A DNA stretch of 19,254 nt, taken from IMG/VR virus record IMGVR_UViG_3300023371_000071, one strand, 5' to 3'. Shown piece after piece: positions 1 to 6,909 of the stretch (its first letter is position 1; each line of letters opens with the position of its first letter). The position numbers were made by a program, and so were the translations under genes. This DNA is from a virus (taxonomy: Duplodnaviria > Heunggongvirae > Uroviricota > Caudoviricetes). Below the pieces are notes generated by a model, which made no database searches, was not told where the DNA came from, and saw nothing but the letters and a program-made list of their open reading frames with translations.

Positions 1-96
1 TTCGATGATGAAGAGCGCAACCGCAACGCATGGGAACAGGGCAAGGCGTTCACTCCCGAAACTATCTTCGCCACTCTCTCTGCACTCACTCGCTGA
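1..96 (+). CDS. 3' end of a hypothetical protein (truncated by window edge)
   Basis: Frame 1 open from base 1 (FDDEERNRNAWEQGKAFTPETIFATLSALTR), TGA at 94-96 inside a 13-bp hairpin; next RBS follows. Confidence 0.7.
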   Translation, partial: FDDEERNRNAWEQGKAFTPETIFATLSALTR

Positions 97-125
97 GTGC
101 AGAGAGCAACAAGAAAGAGAGGTAA

Positions 126-365
126 ATGACTATGGGATTCAGTTATAATAGTTATAATAGTGATAACTCTGGATGCGCGACTGTGATTGCGGCGCTGATT
201 GTGCTGGCGCTGGTCATCTTCGCTGGGCCATGGGTTGTGCAGATGGGATACAATGCAGTAAAGCTGGACTTCAACCTGCCTGACCTGAACTACTGGCAGT
301 TCTTCTGGGCTACCAATGCATTGCAGGTTATCTTCAAGACCAATGTTTCCAGTAAGAGCAAGTGA
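126..365 (+). CDS. small membrane protein, hypothetical (start may be ATG 132)
   Basis: AAGAAAGAGAGGT RBS; hydrophobic VIAALIVLALVIFAGPWVV; terminator follows. Confidence 0.8.
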   Translation: MTMGFSYNSYNSDNSGCATVIAALIVLALVIFAGPWVVQMGYNAVKLDFNLPDLNYWQFFWATNALQVIFKTNVSSKSK

Positions 366-370
366 TAAAT

Positions 371-408
371 GAAATGCAGGATGACTCCACACATCCTGCA
401 TTTCTTTT
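371..408 (+). terminator. intrinsic terminator
   Basis: 13-bp stem GAAATGCAGGATG/CATCCTGCATTTC then TTTT. Confidence 0.8.
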
Positions 409-417
409 CCCTCTGGC

Positions 418-464
418 CGGCTGGTGCACGGGCGCCAAGTCTGTGCACCAGCCGTATTCCCGCA
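418..464. repeat. GC-rich hairpin + TTCCCGC element, copy a
   Basis: Stem 418-429/443-454, CGGGCG at the loop, TATTCCCGCA tail. Confidence 0.65.
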
Positions 465-504
465 CGCATAGGCCATGCATAATTATTCATCGACAATGCA
501 TAAA

Positions 505-770
505 CATACAAAAACAAGCCCCATCCCAAAACAGAGCCACTCTCGTCTTCGCTTGCGCGGGCGGAATTTCACCGCCGTGGATGTATGGGGTGGAGTGATC
601 GCGTAGGCTAGGGGGACGATTTGAACGTCTCTTCTACTTGCGTAGCGTGCTAACCGAGCTGACACTACCCGTTCGCCGCGATCTGGAAGCTCTTGATACC
701 TGCGAGAGTTTTGCCACCGAGTAATCGCGAATCCTCAGTGCCCGTAGTGGTTGTGCTTCCCTCAACCTCT
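505..770 (-). ncRNA. putative structured ncRNA containing a tRNA-like (D-arm/T-arm) module at 607-674; ends approximate
   Basis: Own consensus promoter at 777-805 (-), no RBS-led ORF, several hairpins, U8-A9, 4-bp D stem, TTCAAAT T loop, closing helix 597-603/677-683, weak GU-rich stem and T-rich tract near 505-538. Confidence 0.65.
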
Positions 771-776
771 GATAGT

Positions 777-805
777 ATTATACTACAAGAGGGATCAAAT
801 GTCAA
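777..805 (-). promoter_or_regulatory. sigma70/sigmaA promoter (leftward)
   Basis: Minus strand TTGACA(805-800)-17-TATAAT(782-777), A-tract upstream. Confidence 0.85.
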
Positions 806-850
806 TACCTTTTTGCAGAAAAAGAAAAAAAAGTTTTTTTCAAAAACCTA

Positions 851-879
851 TTGACATTCCTGCCCACCTATGCTATAAT
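851..879 (+). promoter_or_regulatory. sigmaA promoter P1
   Basis: TTGACA-17-TATAAT, TATG extended -10, A/T UP-like tract. Confidence 0.9.
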
Positions 880-915
880 AGTCTCAGTTGGTGAGGGAAA
901 CACCGACAAGACAAA

Positions 916-1506
916 ATGACAAAGGTGGTAATCACAATGAATGCACTGGAACTGATGGATCTCTACTACGACCGCATGTGCGCTTGCACTTCCACTTCTG
1001 GACGCAACAACAACTTCAAAAAGATGCTTGCTCTGTGGGAAGAAAATGAAGTTGTTCGTGCGGTTTGGACTTTTGTCAAGGATGCCTATTTCATCGTTGA
1101 TCGGTTTGTCAAGGGCGTTGTTGACAAGGTAAAGTCTTTCTTTAAGCCGACCGCAAACGTGGTTTACTCCTGCGACAAGGTAGAGGGCAATCAGCTTGTG
1201 TATCTCCTGCGGCTGCTTAATGAAGAGGGCAATCTGGTTTGGTCAAAGGTCGGCACGACCACCCGAACCATTGAAGAACGCATGAGCGAACACCTGCGCT
1301 ACTATCGCAAGTATGGTATCAAAACGATCGAAGTTACTAAAGTTTGGGATTGCGGAGAAGTTGACGCAGAAGGTTTGGAAAGTTTCCTGCGTTCCAAGTA
1401 CATCCGCAAGCATCCGAACACTTTCCAGAAAAATGATCGTTTCTATCAAGTTGAGTTTGATCTGGAACAGGCTGAAAAGTGGGTTGACTTCTATCTGAAC
1501 GATTGA
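916..1506 (+). CDS. GIY-YIG superfamily nuclease-like protein
   Basis: C-terminal VYLLRL...KVGTT.RTIEERMSEH...E..LR pattern matches the GIY-YIG core (Y, G, R, H, E). Confidence 0.65.
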   Translation: MTKVVITMNALELMDLYYDRMCACTSTSGRNNNFKKMLALWEENEVVRAVWTFVKDAYFIVDRFVKGVVDKVKSFFKPTANVVYSCDKVEGNQLVYLLRLLNEEGNLVWSKVGTTTRTIEERMSEHLRYYRKYGIKTIEVTKVWDCGEVDAEGLESFLRSKYIRKHPNTFQKNDRFYQVEFDLEQAEKWVDFYLND

Positions 1507-1537
1507 AAAAAAAGTTTGTCAAGGGCGTAAAAACCCC

Positions 1538-1566
1538 TTGACAAACAGCCCAAGATGCTGTATAAT
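1538..1566 (+). promoter_or_regulatory. sigmaA promoter P2
   Basis: TTGACA-17-TATAAT; -35 lies in right arm of a 12-bp inverted repeat 1514-1525/1535-1546. Confidence 0.9.
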
Positions 1567-1591
1567 AGTTAATGTAAAGGAGGTCAAGAAC

Positions 1592-1996
1592 ATGGCTAAG
1601 GAACTTCAGTATCCTACCCCTGAGTGGTTGGACGCCATGGTCGATAAGACTGGTTGCTCACTGGAAGAAGCCGAAATGGCATGGTGGGACAAGCAGATCG
1701 ACAAGGGCAACCCTACCCCATGGGACTTGCCACCCGAGCAAGAGAAGGAAGCACGCAAGGCGAACCGACCCAAGGCTCACAAGGTGGTTGACCCTGCAGG
1801 CAAGACCCGAACCCGAGAACGCAAGCCCAACGAGGACAAGCGACTATTGGTGGACTGCCTGCACGACGCATTGAAGGACTTTGACAACTGCGAGGTTGTC
1901 AACCCCGAGCGTCAAGTGGACTTTGTGCTGAACGGCGTTTCCTATTCGGTTACGCTGACCGCCCACCGACCCCCCAAGGACAAGGGGAAGGGCTGA
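1592..1996 (+). CDS. hypothetical protein, family B (paralogue of 8404-8877)
   Basis: AAGGAGGT RBS before ATG 1592; shared RERKPNE.KR.L, VNPER and YSVTLT.HR.PK motifs. Confidence 0.85.
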   Translation: MAKELQYPTPEWLDAMVDKTGCSLEEAEMAWWDKQIDKGNPTPWDLPPEQEKEARKANRPKAHKVVDPAGKTRTRERKPNEDKRLLVDCLHDALKDFDNCEVVNPERQVDFVLNGVSYSVTLTAHRPPKDKGKG

Positions 1997-2047
1997 TACC
2001 CTTCCCCAAGCCCCGAAAAAAAACTTGAAAAAAGTTTCAAAAAGGGC

Positions 2048-2076
2048 TTGACAAACCGACCGACCTGTGGTATACT
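2048..2076 (+). promoter_or_regulatory. sigmaA promoter P3
   Basis: TTGACA-17-TATACT, TGTG extended -10. Confidence 0.85.
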
Positions 2077-2147
2077 TAAGATGTTCCAAGGGAAGGAACA
2101 AAACAAAACGACAGCGCCAAGAGCGCGGAAAGAAAGAGGTAATCGCT

Positions 2148-2516
2148 ATGACTACTATCAATGTGAAGAATGAGAAGCTGACCTACGTGACCGCCCTGAC
2201 CTACGCCATTGAGAACGGCAACCTGCCCACCGAGATCGCGGAAAAGCTGATTGCCCTGCGTACTCAGCAGGAGAAGCGTAACAGCGGTGAGAAGAAGCCG
2301 ACCAAGGTTCAGGAAGCCAACGTTGGCATCAAGCAGGTTATCCTGACTGCCCTTGAGGGTCAGGAAGCCAAGACCGTAAGCGAGATTCAGACCCTTGCTC
2401 CCGAGCTGGGCGAGCTGAGCAATCAGAAGGTTGCAAGCCTTGTCCGTCAGCTTGTGGAAGAGGGCAAGCTGACCCGAATCGAGGAGAAGCGCAAGGCGTA
2501 TTTCCGCCTTGCCTGA
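2148..2516 (+). CDS. winged-helix domain protein, family A copy 1
   Basis: AGAAAGAGGT RBS; C-terminal TVSEI..LSNQKVASLVRQLVEEGKLTRIEEKRKAYF helix-turn-helix plus beta-wing pattern. Confidence 0.8.
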   Translation: MTTINVKNEKLTYVTALTYAIENGNLPTEIAEKLIALRTQQEKRNSGEKKPTKVQEANVGIKQVILTALEGQEAKTVSEIQTLAPELGELSNQKVASLVRQLVEEGKLTRIEEKRKAYFRLA

Positions 2517-2563
2517 CCCTCGCGGGGTGGTGAAAAAAACTTTCACCACCCCGAAAAAACCCC

Positions 2564-2592
2564 TTGACAACCTGCCTATCCTGTGCTATAAT
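2564..2592 (+). promoter_or_regulatory. sigmaA promoter P4
   Basis: TTGACA-17-TATAAT, TGTG extended -10. Confidence 0.9.
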
Positions 2593-2637
2593 AGTATCAA
2601 CGAAAGGGCAAGAGCCCGAACAACGAGGAGGATCCCC

Positions 2638-2895
2638 ATGAAGAACACCATCGCTGCCACCCTGATCGCCAACTACGGTTTCGAAGCCCAGTCCAACTGC
2701 CTGTTCACTGGCAAGGGCTCTTGGCTGGCCTCTCACGAGACCGTCAAGGTCACCTTCCACGGTGACATGGTCACCATCGACCACTACCGCTTCTTCTGGG
2801 ATGGCGGTGATGTGGAGTGGGAACGCTCCACGGTGGTCACCTGCCACCTCTCCCGACTGTGGGAGAACCTCCCCGAGTGGGTGCTCAGAGCCTGA
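2638..2895 (+). CDS. hypothetical protein (85 aa)
   Basis: GAGGAGG RBS before ATG 2638; the longer ORF call runs through promoter P4. Confidence 0.8.
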   Translation: MKNTIAATLIANYGFEAQSNCLFTGKGSWLASHETVKVTFHGDMVTIDHYRFFWDGGDVEWERSTVVTCHLSRLWENLPEWVLRA

Positions 2896-2911
2896 GCCCC
2901 ACTCTTTTTTT
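2875..2911 (+). terminator. intrinsic terminator overlapping stop codon
   Basis: GAGTGGG-T-GCTCAG/CTGAGC-CCCACTC then T7. Confidence 0.8.
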
Positions 2912-2917
2912 ATTCGC

Positions 2918-2965
2918 CGGCGCGTGGGCGGGCGCTGCGCTTGCCCACTCGCCGAATTTCCGCGA
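2918..2965. repeat. GC-rich hairpin + TTTCCGC element, copy b
   Basis: Stem CGGCG.GTGGGC/GCCCAC.CGCCG, CGGGCG at the loop, AATTTCCGCGA tail. Confidence 0.65.
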
Positions 2966-3013
2966 GGAGCACCAGCCAGCAAAAAATAATTTGAAAAACT
3001 TGCAAAAAAGGTA

Positions 3014-3042
3014 TTGACAAATCATCCCGAATCTGCTATAAT
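3014..3042 (+). promoter_or_regulatory. sigmaA promoter P5
   Basis: TTGACA-17-TATAAT. Confidence 0.9.
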
Positions 3043-3092
3043 TAAACCATCGAAAGGGAACACAGAGTCCCAACAGAAAGGAAGTTACTACT

Positions 3093-3344
3093 ATGATGAC
3101 TGCCAAAGAAGCTAAGACCATGACCACCAACTACCTGACCGCCGAAGCTGACAAGCACCTGCAGAAGATTGAAGACACCATTCAGATCTATGCCAGCAAG
3201 GGCAACACCTCCATGTATTACAGCAATGGTCTCAGCGGTGCCGACCCTCGCATCCAGTCCAAGGTATACAACACTATGGTTGAAGCAGGTTACAAGGTTC
3301 GTTGGTGTGAATCCAGCCTGCACATCAGCTGGGCAGATGCCTAA
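3093..3344 (+). CDS. small hypothetical protein, family C (TAxE...A.KG...GYKV...ISW)
   Basis: AAAGGAAG RBS; motif shared with 17301-17645, 18427-18840 and repeats in 13187-14878. Confidence 0.8.
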   Translation: MMTAKEAKTMTTNYLTAEADKHLQKIEDTIQIYASKGNTSMYYSNGLSGADPRIQSKVYNTMVEAGYKVRWCESSLHISWADA

Positions 3345-3363
3345 AAAAAGTTGCTCAGAGGGG

Positions 3364-3392
3364 TTGACAAATCCCTCTGAGCATGGTATAAT
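3364..3392 (+). promoter_or_regulatory. sigmaA promoter P6
   Basis: TTGACA-17-TATAAT; -35 in loop of inverted repeat 3352-3362/3373-3383. Confidence 0.9.
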
Positions 3393-3429
3393 AAGTACAT
3401 CAAAAGGAACAAGAAAGGAAGTAACTACA

Positions 3430-3768
3430 ATGACTAAGAAGATTTCTCTGAATGACTGGACCTACATCGGCAAGTACAATCCTGCGGCCAAGTGGCTTCG
3501 TCCCCTCTGCTCCTACTCTCTGACCGAAGCTGGTGCCTATTCTGCAGATGGCAACCCCGACTATCGCCGCGATTGCAAGATTAGCTGGCCTGTGTATCTG
3601 CTCCTGTTCCTGCCTGTGCATCTACTTCAGTTGCTGGTGTGCCTGTGGGATGGCGGCTTGAAAGAATTTGAAATTGCAAGTCGCCACATTGGGCATGATT
3701 ACATCACTGCACATGGCGACAACAGCGGACGCTATCAGATGGCAAAAGAAATTTGGGAAAAGGCTTGA
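3430..3768 (+). CDS. hypothetical protein with one hydrophobic segment (112 aa)
   Basis: AAAGGAAGT RBS before ATG 3430; WPVYLLLFLPVHLLQLLVCLW; its TGA lies within the TTGACA of P7. Confidence 0.8.
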   Translation: MTKKISLNDWTYIGKYNPAAKWLRPLCSYSLTEAGAYSADGNPDYRRDCKISWPVYLLLFLPVHLLQLLVCLWDGGLKEFEIASRHIGHDYITAHGDNSGRYQMAKEIWEKA

Positions 3769-3793
3769 CAAAGCCTTTCCCCTGTGGTATAAT
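3765..3793 (+). promoter_or_regulatory. sigmaA promoter P7
   Basis: TTGACA-17-TATAAT, TGTG; inverted repeat AAAGGCTT-GACA-AAGCCTTT. Confidence 0.9.
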
Positions 3794-3821
3794 AAATGTA
3801 TCAAATGAAGGAGTGATAAAC

Positions 3822-3995
3822 ATGGGTATCATGATCGGTGCTATTGTTGCAAGTCAGACCGCTATGAGAGTGGCGGCAATGAATGCCATGAAAAAAAATC
3901 TGGAAAATCAGAAAAAAGCTGTTGACAAACAGCCCAAAGTGTGCTATACTAATAATGTCGAAAGGGACAACAGAAAGGAAGGTAAACAAAAATGA
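3822..3995 (+). CDS. short ORF (57 aa) whose second half reads through promoter P8
   Basis: AAGGAG RBS before ATG 3822, downstream of P7; stop overlaps next start (ATGA). Confidence 0.5.
   Translation: MGIMIGAIVASQTAMRVAAMNAMKKNLENQKKAVDKQPKVCYTNNVERDNRKEGKQK
3922..3950 (+). promoter_or_regulatory. sigmaA promoter P8
   Basis: TTGACA-17-TATACT, TGTG; inverted repeat GCTGTT-GACA-AACAGC. Confidence 0.85.
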
Positions 3996-4306
3996 TGAAG
4001 ATCGAAATGACCAAACACGCTATGGTAGACCGCATTGACCGCTGTGTGTACATTGCACAGAAGATTGGCTTCGGTGACAAGATTGTGTGCGAAGGTTTCC
4101 GCAGAGACAAGGGCACTCGGCAGTGCCTGTCCGAAACTGGTGTGCTGATTGTCAAGATGCCGGAAAGCGAAACCATGGTGACTGCTTACATTCCCACTCT
4201 TGAACAGGCTGGCATGATTTACAAGTCCGCAGGCTTGCACATGCCGAACTGGATGGCACAGAAAATCAAGAAGAATCAGAAGTATGCAAAGGGCTGTCCT
4301 GTGTGA
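3992..4306 (+). CDS. hypothetical protein (104 aa)
   Basis: AAAGGAAGGT RBS, own promoter, stop inside a 14-bp hairpin 4285-4318. Confidence 0.85.
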   Translation: MMKIEMTKHAMVDRIDRCVYIAQKIGFGDKIVCEGFRRDKGTRQCLSETGVLIVKMPESETMVTAYIPTLEQAGMIYKSAGLHMPNWMAQKIKKNQKYAKGCPV

Positions 4307-4341
4307 CAGCCCTTTGCAAGAAAAAAATTTTCAAAAAGGTA

Positions 4342-4370
4342 TTGACAACCTGCCGAACCTATGGTATAAT
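4342..4370 (+). promoter_or_regulatory. sigmaA promoter P9
   Basis: TTGACA-17-TATAAT, TATG extended -10. Confidence 0.9.
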
Positions 4371-4402
4371 AAGTACAACGAAAGACGAAAGGAAGTAACA
4401 CA

Positions 4403-4876
4403 ATGAACACTCTGCTTCTCACCTTCATCCTGCTGAACATCGCCAATGTTATCATTCAGACCGTCAAGAGCATTGCAACCATCAAATGCGGAAAAGGGGT
4501 CGCCGCGATTGTTAACGCTGTTGCCTTCGGACTCTACACTGTGGTCACTGTCTACATGATGTGCGATTTGCCTCTTGCCACCAAGGCGCTGATTGTCGCA
4601 GGCTGTAACCTTGTGGGTGTGTATGTGGTCAAGTATTTTGAAGAAAAGGCAAGAAAAGACAAACTCTGGAAAGTCGAAGTCACCATTCCTGCCGAACAAG
4701 CAGAACAGATGATTGAAGATTGCAAATACTATGGATTCACTTACAACTATGTGAACATCGAAAAGTATTTCTTGTTTAACTTCTATTGTCCCACTCAGCA
4801 GGACAGTCTGAATGTTAAGAAACTGTTACAGAGCTATGATGCAAAATACTTTGTGACTGAAAGCAAAAATTTGTGA
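4403..4876 (+). CDS. membrane protein resembling UPF0316 (DUF5698/DUF2179) family
   Basis: Three hydrophobic segments (IANVIIQTVKSIATI; AAIVNAVAFGLYTV; AGCNLVGVYV) plus a soluble alpha/beta C-terminal domain. Confidence 0.6.
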   Translation: MNTLLLTFILLNIANVIIQTVKSIATIKCGKGVAAIVNAVAFGLYTVVTVYMMCDLPLATKALIVAGCNLVGVYVVKYFEEKARKDKLWKVEVTIPAEQAEQMIEDCKYYGFTYNYVNIEKYFLFNFYCPTQQDSLNVKKLLQSYDAKYFVTESKNL

Positions 4877-4884
4877 GAAAGGGG

Positions 4885-4913
4885 TTGACAACCCCTCTCA
4901 CATGTGGTATAAT
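4885..4913 (+). promoter_or_regulatory. sigmaA promoter P10
   Basis: TTGACA-17-TATAAT, TGTG; -35 centred in inverted repeat 4872-4902. Confidence 0.9.
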
Positions 4914-4943
4914 AAGTACATCAAAAGGAAAGAGGTAATGAAC

Positions 4944-5216
4944 ATGAGAGCAACTGGTATTGTAAGAAGAGTCGATGAACTGGGTCGCATTGTTATCCCC
5001 AAGGAAATCCGCAGGAACCTGAACATCAAAGAGGGCGATCCCCTTGAGATGTATCTGGACAAGGAATACGGGCTTGTGATGAAGCCCTACCATGAAGAGC
5101 ATCTGAGCTTTGACCGCCTGCAGTCTGAGTGGGAAAGCCTGAGCACCGCAAAGCGGCAGGAACTGATCTGCGAAATGGTGAACCACCTCGATGACCCCAT
5201 CCGCTGTGAAGAGTGA
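4944..5216 (+). CDS. AbrB/SpoVT-family DNA-binding domain protein (N-terminal domain only)
   Basis: MRATGIVRRVDELGRIVIPKEIRRNLNIKEGDPLEMY matches the SpoVT/AbrB swapped-hairpin signature; AGAGGT RBS 7 nt before ATG 4944. Confidence 0.9.
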   Translation: MRATGIVRRVDELGRIVIPKEIRRNLNIKEGDPLEMYLDKEYGLVMKPYHEEHLSFDRLQSEWESLSTAKRQELICEMVNHLDDPIRCEE

Positions 5217-5236
5217 CCGCAAGGTCACTCTTTTTT
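5211..5236 (+). terminator. intrinsic terminator
   Basis: GAGTGACC-GCAA-GGTCACTC then T run. Confidence 0.85.
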
Positions 5237-5276
5237 CGCCCGCGCGCCCACGAGCGTGGGCGCCGGTTTTCCCGCG
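5237..5276. repeat. GC-rich hairpin + TTTCCCGC element, copy c
   Basis: Stem 5244-5251/5256-5263, TTTTCCCGCG tail; CGGGCG present on the opposite strand at 5237-5242. Confidence 0.55.
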
Positions 5277-5285
5277 TATCCTTCC

Positions 5286-5314
5286 ATTATACCATTTTTC
5301 GAGCAATTTGTCAA
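5286..5314 (-). promoter_or_regulatory. sigmaA promoter (leftward, antisense to AbrB-like gene)
   Basis: Minus strand TTGACA(5314-5309)-17-TATAAT(5291-5286) with TG extension. Confidence 0.8.
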
Positions 5315-5362
5315 TAGGCAAACTGCACAAACTTTTTCCCGAAACTTTGTGCAATCTGTCAA

Positions 5363-5391
5363 TAGACATTTGGGGTCTGATACTGTATAAT
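5363..5391 (+). promoter_or_regulatory. sigmaA promoter P11
   Basis: TAGACA-17-TATAAT followed by the AGATAATGTC start context seen at P14. Confidence 0.75.
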
Positions 5392-5472
5392 AGATAATGT
5401 CAGGAGGGCACTGAGGTGATGCCGAGTGAAGCTGGTCGACAAAACTTCTTCAAAAAAAGTTTTGAAAAACCC

Positions 5473-5501
5473 TTGACAAAGCCGCCAAGATGTGATATAC
5501 T
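5473..5501 (+). promoter_or_regulatory. sigmaA promoter P12
   Basis: TTGACA-17-TATACT, TGTG. Confidence 0.85.
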
Positions 5502-5593
5502 GATAGTGTCAAGAGGGCAAGGAACTGCAAGAGGAACCCTTCGGCGCTGAAGCGCACAGGATAAAAACTCAAAAAAAAAGTTTCAAAAACCCC

Positions 5594-5622
5594 TTGACAA
5601 ACACCGCAAGGTGTGGTACAAT
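5594..5622 (+). promoter_or_regulatory. sigmaA promoter P13
   Basis: TTGACA-17-TACAAT, TGTG. Confidence 0.85.
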
Positions 5623-5703
5623 AAGGATGTCGAAAGGGCAAGGCGCCAGCCCCACTCGACAGTCACTAACACCAATCGACAAGAAAGAAAGAGGTAATGA
5701 ATC

Positions 5704-6057
5704 ATGGAAAAGATGACTTATGTGAAGGCTCTGGAAGTTGCTCTGAACTGCGAAGCTCTGTCTGCCGAAGTGCGTGAGAAGCTGTCTGCTCTGCGTGACC
5801 AGCAGGTCAAGCGTAACTCTGCGGAGAAGAAGCCCACCAAGACCCAGCAGGCGAATGAGGGCGTGAAGTCCCATGTGCTGGAAGTGCTGGCTTCCTGCGC
5901 CCAGCCTGTGACTGTGTCTGAACTGATGCAGGCTGATGAAGAGCTGTCCCAGCTCTCCAATCAGAAGGTCGCTTCGCTGGTTCGCCAGCTGGTGGAAGCT
6001 GGCAAGGTTCAGCGACTGGAAGAGAAGCGCAAGGCTTACTTCACTCTGGTGAAGTGA
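5704..6057 (+). CDS. winged-helix domain protein, family A copy 2
   Basis: AGAAAGAGGT RBS; KKPTK.Q.ANEG.K and LSNQKVASLVRQLVEAGK...EEKRKAYF motifs. Confidence 0.85.
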   Translation: MEKMTYVKALEVALNCEALSAEVREKLSALRDQQVKRNSAEKKPTKTQQANEGVKSHVLEVLASCAQPVTVSELMQADEELSQLSNQKVASLVRQLVEAGKVQRLEEKRKAYFTLVK

Positions 6058-6117
6058 CCTTGCGGGGCAGGGGTAAAACCCTGCCCCATCTTCCCGAAAA
6101 AAAGTTTCAAAAAGGTA

Positions 6118-6146
6118 TTGACAAACAGCCCAACATCTGCTATAAT
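6118..6146 (+). promoter_or_regulatory. sigmaA promoter P14
   Basis: TTGACA-17-TATAAT. Confidence 0.9.
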
Positions 6147-6190
6147 AGATAATGTCGAAAGGCAATAGAACAAGAAAGAGGTAATGCAAA

Positions 6191-6847
6191 ATGAATCGCC
6201 ACTTCTACATTCTGATGGATACTGAAACTGCCAACGGTCTGGATTGCCCCATCAACTACAATACCGCATGGTCTGTAATTGACCAGCACGGCAACACCTA
6301 CGAAAACTTCAATTTCATCAACCGCGACATTTTCTTTGACCGTCCCGAACTCATGCAGTCCGCATACTACGCCCACAAGATTCCGCAGTATCTTGAACAG
6401 ATTGAACGCGGCGAAATCAAGGTTGCAACGTGGTACGAAATCCGCAAGGCGTTCCGCGACTGTTGCGAAAAGTACAACATCAAGGCAGTTATCGCCCACA
6501 ATGCCCGATTCGACTATCGCTCCTGCACGATGACCCAGCGTTACGAAACCTGCTCCAAGTATCGCTACTTCTTCCCGAAGGGCGTTGAAATTTGGGACAC
6601 GCTGGCAATGGCTCGTGATGTGGTCGCCCCGATGCCCACTTACCGCAAGTGGTGCGAAACCAACGGTTTCACCTTGAAGAACGGACAGCCCCGACTGACC
6701 GCCGAAATCCTGTTCCGCTTCATCTCCAAGGACATTGACTTTGTGGAAGAACACAAGGCAATGGAAGATGTGAACATCGAAAAGGAAATCTTTTGGTACT
6801 GCATCCGCAAGCACAAGGCAATGCGTCGAAAGGCTTTCAAGGACTGA
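6191..6847 (+). CDS. DEDDh (DnaQ/RNase T-like) 3'-5' exonuclease
   Basis: Exo I MDTETA, Exo II AHNARFD, WDTLAMA, Exo III HKAMEDV. Confidence 0.9.
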   Translation: MNRHFYILMDTETANGLDCPINYNTAWSVIDQHGNTYENFNFINRDIFFDRPELMQSAYYAHKIPQYLEQIERGEIKVATWYEIRKAFRDCCEKYNIKAVIAHNARFDYRSCTMTQRYETCSKYRYFFPKGVEIWDTLAMARDVVAPMPTYRKWCETNGFTLKNGQPRLTAEILFRFISKDIDFVEEHKAMEDVNIEKEIFWYCIRKHKAMRRKAFKD

Positions 6848-6855
6848 AAAAGTCC

Positions 6856-6884
6856 TTGACAGCCGCCCCAAAGTGTGATATAAT
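6856..6884 (+). promoter_or_regulatory. sigmaA promoter P15
   Basis: TTGACA-17-TATAAT, TGTG; inverted repeat TCAAGGACT/AGTCCTTGA spans upstream stop and -35. Confidence 0.9.
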
Positions 6885-6909
6885 AAGTACATCAAAAGGA
6901 AAGAGGTAA

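Noticed and set aside
290-665. ORFs 362-598 (+), 290-529 (-) and 483-665 (-)
   Set aside because: No RBS; they cross a terminator, hairpin element a and the structured RNA
607-674. Functional tRNA gene
   Set aside because: 4-nt loop in place of the anticodon loop, three acceptor-stem mismatches, no CCA; kept as tRNA-like ncRNA
916-1506. Intron-encoded homing endonuclease
   Set aside because: Has its own promoter and no interrupted host gene or flanking intron structure
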